The notes beneath the pieces are model-generated. The model had not been told where the DNA came from, made no database searches, and was given only the letters and a program-made list of their open reading frames with translations. Source: a virus (Duplodnaviria > Heunggongvirae > Uroviricota > Caudoviricetes). From it: a stretch of DNA of 55,008 nucleotides. Position 1 is the first letter of the stretch. The number at the start of each line of letters is the position of its first letter. Location: the IMG/VR virus record IMGVR_UViG_3300045988_134234, positions 1-55,008 of that record; one strand, written 5' to 3'. This document shows positions 27,472 to 36,028 of the stretch, piece after piece. The translations under genes and the position numbers were made by a program.

Positions 27472-28835
27472 TAGTCATCCTCCGGCTGGTCTATCGCAAT
27501 CTCGTCATCCACAGCATCAAAACCGGTATCCCCCGCGTCATAATCACCGTAGATATCAGCCGTGGCGGAAGGGTCTATATTCAGGTCTTCATCATTGGCC
27601 TCAAATTCACCGGCTTTACGTTCTCCGTTCCGGTCGTAATCCCCCATCCCAAGCCTATCAACGATTTTCGCTACTTCAGCCCGGCGTTGTGCAAGCCATT
27701 GTGGGAGTCCAGCTTGTTGCTCGGCAAACTGCTTCGCCTCTTTATCCAGTTGCTCATCATCAACATCGTTAACGTCAGAAACCGGAGGCTCCAGAAGTGA
27801 GATCGCTTTTGCCGCTCGTGCCGCCAGGATAGCCGGGACACTGACGCCCTGCCGCTCGATATATTCAGCAACACCTATATCATCCAGCTCCTCGCGCTCA
27901 CGCATACGTATAGCGGCGGCGATAACTCTGGCGGCGCGTGCGTCAGCGCCAATGCGATACTCAATCTCCTTGCCACGCTGCTCGGCTTGTAGGCGGGCAA
28001 TCGCCAGTTTTTCTCTGGCCTCAGCCTCCCTGAATGCCTGCTGACGCGCGCCCTGCGCAAGTTTTTCATCCCCCTGGCGTAGCTTCTGCTCGTTCTGATA
28101 GATGGCTGCCAGCCTGGTGATAAAGTCATTCATGTAGTAGGCCGCATCGCTGATCAGTCCGAGAAGACGCTGCCCTGGGTGCATCCCCTCTGGCTGTGTA
28201 TCACCGAGGGCGTCAATCTCTTCCTGTAGTCGCTCCGCTTCCTGGTCAACGATAGCCTGATACTGAATTGCTCGTTCCTGCGCCATCTGTATCGCAAGTC
28301 GTAAATGTTCAGTCGCGCCGTTCTTCATCATCTCACGGGCGACGTTGGTGGCTGGCAAAGTGGCGCTTTGAGCTGATGAATCAGGGATCATTTGCAATGA
28401 TCCCTTGTTTCGTTGGGCTTTTTCGCTGCTTTTAGGGATCATTTCTCCAATTTCATCACAAAATGATCCCTTCACATCCTTGTGTATCTTGCTGTTATTG
28501 CTTGACTTTTCTTTGTGATCCGCATTTTGTTTTTGCGGCATGGCGCGGAACCGTCCACCAGCTAACGATTTGTCAGTTTTTGTAAATTCTGTGCTTTTAT
28601 CAGCCTTTTTTTGCTCTTTTTTTGAGCCGGTGGCGCAGCTTTTTGCGCGCTGTTTTGTACTTTTCCCGGCAGCCTTAGCTTTCGCCTTAACCTCATTTTT
28701 TTTCATATTGAGATGCTTTCTGGCGGTGTTAAAGCTGAGGTCATGCTGCTCGCAATATTCTTTTATGGTGATCCCGGTTTCTTCTCTTAACTCCAGGAAC
28801 TTAGCTCGATGCGCTTCCCAGTTAATTAACGTCAT
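27471..28835 (-). CDS. pacA: terminase small subunit (PacA-like) containing pac-like GATC cluster
   Basis: N-terminal HTH-like (ITIKEYCEQHDLSFNTARKHL), Lys-rich region, acidic C-terminus; overlaps pacB start. Confidence 0.6.
   Translation of the reverse strand: MTLINWEAHRAKFLELREETGITIKEYCEQHDLSFNTARKHLNMKKNEVKAKAKAAGKSTKQRAKSCATGSKKEQKKADKSTEFTKTDKSLAGGRFRAMPQKQNADHKEKSSNNSKIHKDVKGSFCDEIGEMIPKSSEKAQRNKGSLQMIPDSSAQSATLPATNVAREMMKNGATEHLRLAIQMAQERAIQYQAIVDQEAERLQEEIDALGDTQPEGMHPGQRLLGLISDAAYYMNDFITRLAAIYQNEQKLRQGDEKLAQGARQQAFREAEAREKLAIARLQAEQRGKEIEYRIGADARAARVIAAAIRMREREELDDIGVAEYIERQGVSVPAILAARAAKAISLLEPPVSDVNDVDDEQLDKEAKQFAEQQAGLPQWLAQRRAEVAKIVDRLGMGDYDRNGERKAGEFEANDEDLNIDPSATADIYGDYDAGDTGFDAVDDEIAIDQPEDD
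28383..28520. promoter_or_regulatory. pac-like cluster of five GATC-containing heptamers (GGGATCA/TGATCCC)
   Basis: GATC at about 28386, 28399, 28437, 28465, 28516 arranged as inverted pairs within pacA codons about 105-150. Confidence 0.5.
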
Positions 28836-29224
28836 AGGGAAGCCTCACGTTTTTTCACAGCGGCGTTCCATAGCTGGTTAGTCATCGCCACCAACTGACG
28901 CTGCTCCTTTCGTAATTGAGCTTCTATCTTTCGGTTGGTGTTTTTCACCAACAGCCGACCGAATTCAGGAGTGCGCCCGCGCACCTTGAACTGGTATCCA
29001 TTCAGGCCATGTAACCAATATTTCCGGGGGTATACGCGGTCGTCTATTTCGCAAATGGCACGACTGGAACGAACAAAAAAACGTATGATGTTATTTACGT
29101 TTACGCGCGACACATGAAGGTGAGGATATTGTGCTTTTGCACGGCTGGTGATTTCGGTGACCGTCAGATAGCAGTCAGCCCTGATCATGATATCCGCTAT
29201 TTCGGCGCTACTGATTTGCTCCAT
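28832..29224 (-). CDS. hypothetical protein immediately upstream of pacA (Lpa-like position)
   Basis: 130 aa; operator palindrome directly upstream. Confidence 0.35.
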   Translation of the reverse strand: MEQISSAEIADIMIRADCYLTVTEITSRAKAQYPHLHVSRVNVNNIIRFFVRSSRAICEIDDRVYPRKYWLHGLNGYQFKVRGRTPEFGRLLVKNTNRKIEAQLRKEQRQLVAMTNQLWNAAVKKREASL

Positions 29225-29301
29225 TTATCCCCCGGATAGAAAAAGACCGAGGGGATGATAATCAGCTTGTTAATACTGAGAAGACTGTCAAAAACATGAT
29301 G

Positions 29302-29331
29302 TATTAGAAAATTAATATTAATTTACTAACA
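29302..29331. promoter_or_regulatory. operator-like imperfect palindrome TATTAGAAAATTAAT/ATTAATTTACTAACA
   Basis: Upstream of the 29224 start. Confidence 0.5.
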
Positions 29332-29715
29332 CTACCAGCGGGATAAACGAACAACATGCTTAACTTTTGCCTCCCACTTCCCTTTATGTTTGTTGATCAC
29401 CGCCTGGGCCATCTTCAGACTGGCTTCAAAATCGGCTTTTCGACCACTATTACCCACCAGCAACGCTCCGTCTATTTCAGGTAAGCATAAGTAATCCTGC
29501 TCGACGGTAAGCGGCATTGATGATGTAACCTGGCAGGCTTTCCATCTGAAGCGTATGCGCACACTCCTGACTGACATCACGACATAACCTGATATTGTGC
29601 TCTTGTGTCCGGCGTCTGTGCGTGTAGCCTTGCATGATGTTATCTTGCAGGTGATGATGTCCCAACCAATGTGCATCGCATCCTCAATGCGTAATTTAGT
29701 AGCCTCGTACATCAA
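29332..29715 (-). CDS. hypothetical protein (127 aa)
   Basis: ORF; overlaps next gene. Confidence 0.4.
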   Translation of the reverse strand: MMYEATKLRIEDAMHIGWDIITCKITSCKATRTDAGHKSTISGYVVMSVRSVRIRFRWKACQVTSSMPLTVEQDYLCLPEIDGALLVGNSGRKADFEASLKMAQAVINKHKGKWEAKVKHVVRLSRW

Positions 29716-30287
29716 AAAACCTCCCAGTCAGTAGCGATAATATCAACACCAGTTGCAAACCAGTCTGTCTGCGCCTGTAAATCCCCATTCATCATTACCA
29801 GGCGAGGCATAACCATCACATCACAACCTTCAACAATATCGAATGCCTCTTCCGGCAGGAATTCGACGAGCTTTTCTTTGCTACCAACACTGCCACGGAG
29901 CATCGATATATAGCTCCCTTTAGGCCATGATGTTCGCCGGGCATCAAGCCCCTTCATCATCCAGTAAAAGGCCGATGAGAACGGGATGTTCTTTTTGGCG
30001 ATGAGCACGTTATTCGCTTCTGTGTACTTCAGGAACTTAACTAACCTTACCATCGACTCGGATAACGCAATGTACGGCTCATGATTGATTGCTGACACAC
30101 TTACGCCGTGCAGTCCAACACTTACCACTGTCATATCACCGTTCTGTGCGGTTTCGATGTTGACGCCTTTACGAACTAACGCTGCATAAAGCTCCTCGCG
30201 CTTTTGCGTCCAGCATTCTCGTCGCCCTATAAAGTCACTCAAAACGAGATCATCTTCTGAATACGCGTTATCGTTCGCCGTTAACAT
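29712..30287 (-). CDS. hypothetical protein (191 aa)
   Basis: ORF downstream of tRNA island. Confidence 0.45.
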   Translation of the reverse strand: MLTANDNAYSEDDLVLSDFIGRRECWTQKREELYAALVRKGVNIETAQNGDMTVVSVGLHGVSVSAINHEPYIALSESMVRLVKFLKYTEANNVLIAKKNIPFSSAFYWMMKGLDARRTSWPKGSYISMLRGSVGSKEKLVEFLPEEAFDIVEGCDVMVMPRLVMMNGDLQAQTDWFATGVDIIATDWEVF

Positions 30288-30507
30288 AACGTCTCCTTTT
30301 TTACACGCGCGACTATCCCCCGGCTGAACCGGTAGTGACGTCGTAACTTCGTATTAATTAAGGGTTACAGCCTGAGCGGCTATATGATGAATTGAAAGGA
30401 GTTGTGGCGGTGGTGCCTCCACCTGCCAGGTTAGCCACGCCCGGCGACGACACTTATCAGAACGTAGTGAATGAAAATGGCTTCGTCACGAGCGCATAGC
30501 CGCAATT

Positions 30508-30556
30508 ACCACAACGGAGAAGGCGCTCGTATTAATTAAACACCTTTTCCTGTTGT
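30508..30556. repeat. long-hairpin family unit A
   Basis: ACCACAACGGAGAAGG...CCTTTTCCTGTTGT inverted arms. Confidence 0.45.
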
Positions 30557-30741
30557 ACGCCGTGCTATTCCGGCTGTCACACCGAATCGCCAGGATGGTG
30601 AGTCCCTGAGTCCGCTATCCTACCAACGGTGACTTGCACATTCCGGCTACCTGATGTGCCCATGCAGTGTTAGTAAGGCACCTAACAGCTACACCAGACC
30701 GCTAACGACGCATGTGCCATACGCCGTGTTACAACCAAATG

Positions 30742-30817
30742 TGGTGGCCCCTACCGGACTTGAACCGGTGACCGTGCGATTATGAGTCGCCCGCTCTAAC
30801 CACTGAGCTAAGGGGCC
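30742..30817 (-). tRNA. tRNA anticodon CAU (Met or Ile2 via lysidine)
   Basis: RC reads GGCCCCTTAGCTCAGTGGTTAGAGC...CTCATAA...GGTTCAAGTCC...GGGGCCACCA; resembles recalled E. coli ileX/ileY-type tRNA. Confidence 0.8.
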
Positions 30818-30826
30818 AGATTACTG

Positions 30827-30955
30827 TTAATTACGCTTACGCTTTTTGCCAGAACCGCGTAAGGCTTTTGCCGCTTGCTCTACCCCGTATGCAACCACCA
30901 GCAGAAACAATAATGTCCACTCCGGGTTTTTATCGGCAAACGCCCAAAAATCCAT
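30827..30955 (-). CDS. possible small membrane peptide (~42 aa)
   Basis: MDFWAFADKNPEWTLLFLLVVAYG...; AGGTGG RBS-like upstream; approximate coordinates. Confidence 0.3.
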   Translation of the reverse strand: MDFWAFADKNPEWTLLFLLVVAYGVEQAAKALRGSGKKRKRN

Positions 30956-31133
30956 CACTTGCAGCCACCTTTTAAGACAAAACGCCATTGCTGTTAGGTT
31001 GCGGTGCCGGGTGCCTCCCGGTGACGTTAACCAGTTAACAATTAACGCCGGATCACTTATGGATTCTCGTTACGCCAGTAAAAAGACCACCTTTACTGTT
31101 TTAACTGTTCCGCGTGCGCTTAGCCGCATTCAC

Positions 31134-31246
31134 CGCAATGGTAAGAGCATTTGGCTGACTGGGCGGCGATGACGCCTGTACGCATTTGGTGATCCGGTTC
31201 TGCTTCCGGCATTCGCTTAATTAGCCAAATACTCTTAACGTTGCGA
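31134..31246. repeat. long-hairpin family unit B (abuts 3' end of tRNA-Ser)
   Basis: CGCAATGGTAAGAGCATTT ... AAATACTCTTAACGTTGCG. Confidence 0.45.
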
Positions 31247-31333
31247 TGGCGGAGAGTAATGGAATCGAACCATCATCGCTTGCGCGACGGGACGGTTTTC
31301 AAGACCGCTTGAGCACCATGCTCCCTACTCTCC
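31247..31333 (-). tRNA. tRNA-Ser (anticodon UGA), class II with long variable arm
   Basis: RC reads GGAGAGT...GCGGTCTTGAAAACCGT (anticodon TGA)...long variable arm...GGTTCGATTCC...ACTCTCCGCCA. Confidence 0.65.
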
Positions 31334-31483
31334 AGTGATTGTGGTGGTCGGTACTGATCTCCGACTGCGCCTCTTTTTTTCATAGCGCATAAGGCCGGTC
31401 AGTGCGCTTGATGACTGAGGCATCGATATTTACTACGCCGCCTCGTTGCCATAGGGCGGACTTGCGCGCCAGCAACGCGCATT

Positions 31484-31573
31484 CACCACAACGGAAAGAG
31501 CATTTATGGCTCGCATCGCGGGAAAAAGCCCACGGTAGAGAGTCGAACTCTACAAATGCTCTTACCTGTTGTG
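31484..31573. repeat. long-hairpin family unit C with internal T-loop-like hairpin
   Basis: CACCACAACGGAAAGAGCATTT ... AAATGCTCTTACCTGTTGTG; internal GTAGAG-TTCGACT-CTCTAC on minus strand. Confidence 0.45.
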
Positions 31574-31698
31574 TTGTGATGACCGGTGCTGATCTCCGGC
31601 TTGCGGTAATTTCAGACTCTCACGGGCGTTTAATTGCCCCGCCGAACAGCTCTTTTCCGCAATAGCTGCAATGTCTTTCGCGCATCAGCCTGCGCATT

Positions 31699-31788
31699 CA
31701 TCACAACGGTAAGGGTACTTCGTAGGGATTCGAACCCTCTGCCAAGCTCGGCGATCTCCGACGTCGCAAAATACCCTTACCTGTTGTG
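31699..31788. repeat. long-hairpin family unit D with internal T-arm-like GGGTTCGAATCCC (abuts tRNA-Thr)
   Basis: CATCACAACGGTAAGGGTA ... TACCCTTACCTGTTGTG; tRNA-like but lacks D-arm and CCA. Confidence 0.45.
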
Positions 31789-31789
31789 C

Positions 31790-31865
31790 TGGTGCCGATT
31801 AACGGACTCGAACCGCTGACATCCTGCTTACAAGGCAGGCGCTCTACCAACTGAGCTAAACCGGC
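31790..31865 (-). tRNA. tRNA-Thr (anticodon UGU)
   Basis: RC reads GCCGGTTTAGCTCAGTTGGTAGAGC GCCTGCCTTGTAAGCAGG...GGTTCGAGTCC...AATCGGCACCA. Confidence 0.8.
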
Positions 31866-31867
31866 AT

Positions 31868-31943
31868 TGGCGATGGTGGATGGATTTGAACCATCGACCC
31901 GTTGATTAACAGTCAACCGCTCTAACCGCTGAGCTACACCATC
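31868..31943 (-). tRNA. tRNA-Asn (anticodon GUU)
   Basis: RC reads GATGGTGTAGCTCAGCGGTTAGAGC GGTTGACTGTTAATCAACG...GGTTCAAATCC...CACCATCGCCA. Confidence 0.8.
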
Positions 31944-32131
31944 ACTTGCCGGGTACGTCTCCGGCGAGGGCTTCCACCTCCGTATGCTTTTCGGCGCACC
32001 GCGCCCTGGCTGCAATTCGGTAACAGGGGATGCATAACCCTGGCTTCTAGCGTGATTAGCGCCTTCAGCATGACGGGATATACCCGTTACAAGACATTAT
32101 TCCAGAAAGCCATTAACCAATGGCTGTTACG

Positions 32132-32225
32132 CGGGAAGGACGTAACAGGTAAGGGCGCTGACCAGAAAGACCTGACCCTTCTCATTCATCTGGTTAATCA
32201 CACCAGCGCCCTTGCCTGTTATGCC
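32132..32225. repeat. long-hairpin family unit E
   Basis: CGTAACAGGTAAGGGCGCTG ... CAGCGCCCTTGCCTGTTATG. Confidence 0.4.
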
Positions 32226-32841
32226 TCCCCGTTCCCTAATACACAGACGGGGACACTCTGCGGTCGATTTTTTGACGGGGGACGACTCATACCCCGTGGC
32301 GTCTGGCTTCTTAGGCCGCTACCATCATCAGATCATCGTTTGCATTTACTTTAATGGTCGGATTCTAAACCGCCGCAAAGTCGCTAACCATGACGAAAAC
32401 CCTGAAAAAACACCCACCCGAAGGTGGGCAAATATCCCACTCACGGTATTGCCACTTAGGCGTATGGTCAGCCTGGCAAATCGGCGTCATAAGGGGGAAG
32501 GAGTCACTGCCCCGCCATACTTGCCGCCGCGCCTGTCGCGGTTATCGCTACGTATCAACATAAAAGCCGACTGCCTGAGCAAGATTCACTTTCAAAGGCC
32601 CGCAGAAAGGAATCCATAGTCGGCTTTTATCTTGAAGCGGCTCTCTCTCCGCCCGTCACCGTCCTATCCCGGTTGTCGCGTTTGCCACGCCAGCCGTAAC
32701 GAGGTTTAAAGTCTTTTCACGTTTTCATCACTCGACTGCCGTCTATGGCTGTTCGTTGCAGCGGGGGTGCCTCCCCCTGGGGATATCCCCGGCCTTACCC
32801 CCATTCTTTCAAAACACAATGCAAGGCCACATCCGCATAGG

Positions 32842-32930
32842 TGCATTACCGCAACGTTAAGGAGACTCAGAGTCAGCAAAATAAGAGGAAAACCCAACTC
32901 TGCGCCTCCTTAACGTTGAGGATGTGCACT
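32842..32930. repeat. long-hairpin unit F (about 22-bp stem)
   Basis: GTGCATTACCGCAACGTTAAGGAG ... CTCCTTAACGTTGAGGATGTGCAC. Confidence 0.4.
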
Positions 32931-33139
32931 GATGATGACCCGATGCAGCCTGGCCCACTTAACATACTCACTGCCAGATCATCATCAATGAACACCTTAA
33001 AAAGACCTTCCGTGGCTCAAGTCACTGTCGTTTACTCCGTAAAATGCTCTCGCTGAAACCACTTTACGCACTAAACCTGCCGGGCATGTATTTGCACGGT
33101 GCCGGAGCTTTCCCTTACCTTAAAATTTACTTTCTAACA

Positions 33140-33150
33140 CTTAAATTTGT
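33140..33150. promoter_or_regulatory. operator-like motif (ACTTTCTAACA)
   Basis: Single arm near the head of the non-coding island. Confidence 0.35.
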
Positions 33151-33259
33151 TTTATGCTGGTGGGGAAAGACAATGAAGTGACTATCAAACCCGCAAGCGA
33201 CATGGGAAGCTCCCCACCAGCACGAAAAATTCTATGTTAAGTTAACCTCATAATCAATA

Positions 33260-33289
33260 TGTTAGAAAGACAATTCTAATTTTCTAACA
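33260..33289. promoter_or_regulatory. operator-like inverted pair TGTTAGAAA-N12-TTTCTAACA
   Basis: Perfect 9-bp arms; downstream of the 402-aa gene, at the head of the non-coding tRNA island. Confidence 0.5.
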
Positions 33290-33291
33290 CA

Positions 33292-34500
33292 TTATTTCCC
33301 GTAAAGATTTTCAACTCCACCGTTCTTCTTATCCCACTCGTTCGCCCATACCCGGCAAGCATCAATTATTTCCTGACGGCGATCGCCCTGCATGAACGGA
33401 ATGCTTTCATGAAAGCTGCTTGGAATGCAGGCCACACTGAACACTGTATCAAACTCAGTCTGCTTGATTGCCTCCAACGTCTCTGGACGCATTTTCAATT
33501 CGTCGATCGGTGCATCCTTAGAGTCCATAATCCGGCGATGCAAGCGTGGAAAATCCGTTTCAAGGTACGCCATAATTTTATCTGCCAGACATTCGTCTAT
33601 GTCGGTATTCCAGTCAGTTTCGAAGCCAGGAATTCGGTAGTAAAGCGGCGTTCCCCATACTGACGGGATCACATCCATCGTCAGCAGGCGGCTGGTTCTG
33701 ATTTGCTGATGGTAATTTGCCGTCAGCAACGCTTCGCCACGTTGCCCAGTCTCCGCGACCAGACCATGCGGAAACTCATGGATATAGGCAATAGCTTCTC
33801 TTCCGTCATACATTAGCGGGAATGTCTCTGGCCTTTGCCCCATGCCACAGGCGCGATTCAGATCATGACCAAGCTCTGAACACTCTCGTTTCAATGTTTC
33901 AATAATGCTCTGCGCCGCTGCTAACTTTTTACGCAGTGTGACGAGTTCGCCTTGATACTCAACGCATTGCTGATTTAGCTTGGTTAAACGCTCTTTTAGT
34001 TCGCGACGCTCTCTTTTCAGCGTGCGGTTATCTTTCTCCGCAACATCCAGTCGTTTTGTCAGGCTTGGCGGATAGTCTTTTTTGTAACGACTCAAATCGA
34101 CTTCAGCAGATTTGCGCAGTGTATTTGCCTGCTCAAGACGCGCCTCCAGATTGCCGATCTCATTACGCATATTCGCGGCAAATTGATTAACTGCATCCCC
34201 CAGGCTTTCAACTGTCGCTGATACACCAGTGACTTGAGAAAAACGGATCAAGCCATCATTAACGGCTTGCTGATATTCCTCAAACTGATCCACCAGCTTA
34301 TTGTAATCAACTGCCCCATCATCAAGGAGCTGGTTGATTTCCGCCACCAGGTTATCTGTAGTGGCAATGACGCTCTCATGCAGTCGCTTTGACAGGTCAT
34401 CGCCCGGATTTCGTTTCTGTATAAGCGCGATTTGTGTCCGCAGTGTTTCAATTGCGGTTGAGATGATCTCCAGGCTTGATGATTCTACTTGCTGACTCAT
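33292..34500 (-). CDS. hypothetical protein (402 aa), coiled-coil N-terminal half
   Basis: Monocistronic unit bracketed by operator motifs and an upstream terminator. Confidence 0.55.
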   Translation of the reverse strand: MSQQVESSSLEIISTAIETLRTQIALIQKRNPGDDLSKRLHESVIATTDNLVAEINQLLDDGAVDYNKLVDQFEEYQQAVNDGLIRFSQVTGVSATVESLGDAVNQFAANMRNEIGNLEARLEQANTLRKSAEVDLSRYKKDYPPSLTKRLDVAEKDNRTLKRERRELKERLTKLNQQCVEYQGELVTLRKKLAAAQSIIETLKRECSELGHDLNRACGMGQRPETFPLMYDGREAIAYIHEFPHGLVAETGQRGEALLTANYHQQIRTSRLLTMDVIPSVWGTPLYYRIPGFETDWNTDIDECLADKIMAYLETDFPRLHRRIMDSKDAPIDELKMRPETLEAIKQTEFDTVFSVACIPSSFHESIPFMQGDRRQEIIDACRVWANEWDKKNGGVENLYGK

Positions 34501-34520
34501 GTTTGTTCCCTTTCTTGAAA

Positions 34521-34534
34521 TTAGTTTTCTAACA
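34521..34534. promoter_or_regulatory. operator-like motif (TTAGTTTTCTAACA) in promoter of the 402-aa gene
   Basis: About 20 nt upstream of the 34500 start. Confidence 0.4.
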
Positions 34535-34575
34535 TATTTTATTAGTATGCAATTTCAATAAAAAGACTCAGGCAA

Positions 34576-34597
34576 CAAAAAACCCGCCAACTGGCGG
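34576..34597 (-). terminator. rho-independent terminator (minus strand)
   Basis: CCCGCC-agtt-GGCGGG followed by T6 on minus strand. Confidence 0.5.
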
Positions 34598-34609
34598 GTT
34601 TATGACCGT

Positions 34610-34936
34610 TTAGACGTGTTGGAGTAGCATGTATGCCATATAAATCAAAGCTATCAGTACGACAACTACCTCTGAAATTCTAAACGCGCGCTTTACTATC
34701 TGCCGCTCACCGTGGGGTATACCATCCGAGTATTCCTGATCCGTCATTTTCCCCAGCCAGCTTACCGATAACAGAGCTGCATTCTCACTCATATCAAGTT
34801 CACTTACGGCCTCTCGTATAAGTGGAGCGGTTACTTTCCTGGAAGCAACTTTCATGGTTATGCTTCTGGTTCTTCCGGCGTCATCAGCAAACGTCAGATT
34901 TACGTGGTGTTTTCTGCTCAATGAACAAACTCCCAA
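34610..34936 (-). CDS. hypothetical tail-anchored membrane protein
   Basis: C-terminal hydrophobic VVVVLIALIYMAYMLL. Confidence 0.4.
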   Translation of the reverse strand: MGVCSLSRKHHVNLTFADDAGRTRSITMKVASRKVTAPLIREAVSELDMSENAALLSVSWLGKMTDQEYSDGIPHGERQIVKRAFRISEVVVVLIALIYMAYMLLQHV

Positions 34937-35118
34937 TCATTGGCTGTCGCGCTTTCCGGGGTAATGCATACCTTGTCGCCGGTAACTATGTTTCGGGCTT
35001 CTAATGCCCCATCATCCATCTTTTTAAGCTCTATACAGAAAGAATGAGGCCATGAGCAGCGACGAGCAACAACGTTAGCACCGGCAGGGATAAGTTCAGC
35101 CACGTTAAGTAAACGCAA
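34918..35118 (-). CDS. hypothetical small protein (66 aa)
   Basis: ORF only. Confidence 0.3.
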   Translation of the reverse strand: MRLLNVAELIPAGANVVARRCSWPHSFCIELKKMDDGALEARNIVTGDKVCITPESATANDWEFVH

Positions 35119-35132
35119 AACGATTTCTCCGT

Positions 35133-35576
35133 TTAATCAAGATTTACATATTCCGTGATAGCTTTTATGGCTTCATCGGCACTGCGCGCCTCAAAGCAGT
35201 AATAGCCTGCTTCCGTGAGGCGGGTCATCCAGACGAGCTGTTCGGGAGTCAGACGGTTTCTCCCGTGCTTCATCTCAATGCGCATTCCGTGATACCCACC
35301 ACGAGCAAGGTCAATAGAAAGGTCCGGATAGCCCTTCTTCTGACCTTCTGCCACCATCTTAATGGCTGTCCTTTTGCCTCTCAGGCCGCCGTTCGGTGTT
35401 GAGTGTGTGTGCTCATACACGTATCGCATGTTGCGATACAGCCAATCCAGAACGCGAACCTGTTCGTAATGTTCGTAATTCCGTTTTAATAAGTCAGGAT
35501 TTCTTTCTAACTCTCTTAGTGCAGCAGCGTGCGGGGATATTTCAGAATACGCACTATGATGCCTGCGCCTTCGCAT
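35133..35576 (-). CDS. VRR-NUC domain nuclease-like protein
   Basis: GYPDLSIDLARGGYHGMRIEMK resembles recalled VRR-NUC (PD-(D/E)xK) signature; ATG at second Met. Confidence 0.55.
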   Translation of the reverse strand: MRRRRHHSAYSEISPHAAALRELERNPDLLKRNYEHYEQVRVLDWLYRNMRYVYEHTHSTPNGGLRGKRTAIKMVAEGQKKGYPDLSIDLARGGYHGMRIEMKHGRNRLTPEQLVWMTRLTEAGYYCFEARSADEAIKAITEYVNLD

Positions 35577-35579
35577 CAA

Positions 35580-35590
35580 ATTTCTAACAC
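35580..35590. promoter_or_regulatory. operator-like motif abutting VRR-NUC start
   Basis: TGTGTTAGAAATTTG immediately 5' of start on minus strand. Confidence 0.35.
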
Positions 35591-35765
35591 AAACTTCCTG
35601 AAATCATGAACACGATAATAACAAGAGCGTTAGTTTTATCAAAACCGAGGGGAATACTACTAAAGAGATAGGTGGATGCAACAGGTCGGACTTGTTTTTA
35701 GAGTAAATGGTGATGCGGGTCAACAAGCCGGGTAAATTGTATGTCATTTACCCAACTTGTTATTT

Positions 35766-36026
35766 TTAATGGTTTATTTTATCCGGTTCGTTAATTTCCG
35801 TAACCGCCTTGTCGATAGCAATCATCCATCCTTCATAGGATAAATCATCAACAAGCCCCACCAGCTTATCGTCAGTGTGCGGAAAATAAATCCATCCCCA
35901 TTTCGAAGGGTTTTCTATATGCCGCAGGGTAAATACCCGCTTATAACGGTGGTATTCAAGGGCGTATCCCTTCCCTTGTGAGTACGCTTTTAAGTCGTCG
36001 ATCGTAAACCTACGATTCTTTCGCAT
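35766..36026 (-). CDS. hypothetical protein (86 aa)
   Basis: ORF downstream of DarB-like gene. Confidence 0.4.
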   Translation of the reverse strand: MRKNRRFTIDDLKAYSQGKGYALEYHRYKRVFTLRHIENPSKWGWIYFPHTDDKLVGLVDDLSYEGWMIAIDKAVTEINEPDKINH

Positions 36027-36028
36027 GG

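Noticed and set aside
31484-31788. Hairpin units C and D as additional bona fide tRNA genes
   Set aside because: They have T-loop-like hairpins and long acceptor-like stems but no D-arm, no clear 7-nt anticodon loop with U33, and no CCA-compatible 3' end; kept as repeat elements.
31701-32015. Minus-strand ORF (104 aa) across the tRNA-Thr/Asn region
   Set aside because: Translation (…AQLVERL…GSSP…) is the classic artefact of reading through tRNA genes; the region folds as canonical tRNAs.
30290-33290. CRISPR array in the repeat-rich non-coding island
   Set aside because: Repeats are long imperfect palindromes with irregular spacing and variable length, not short direct repeats with uniform spacers; no cas genes.
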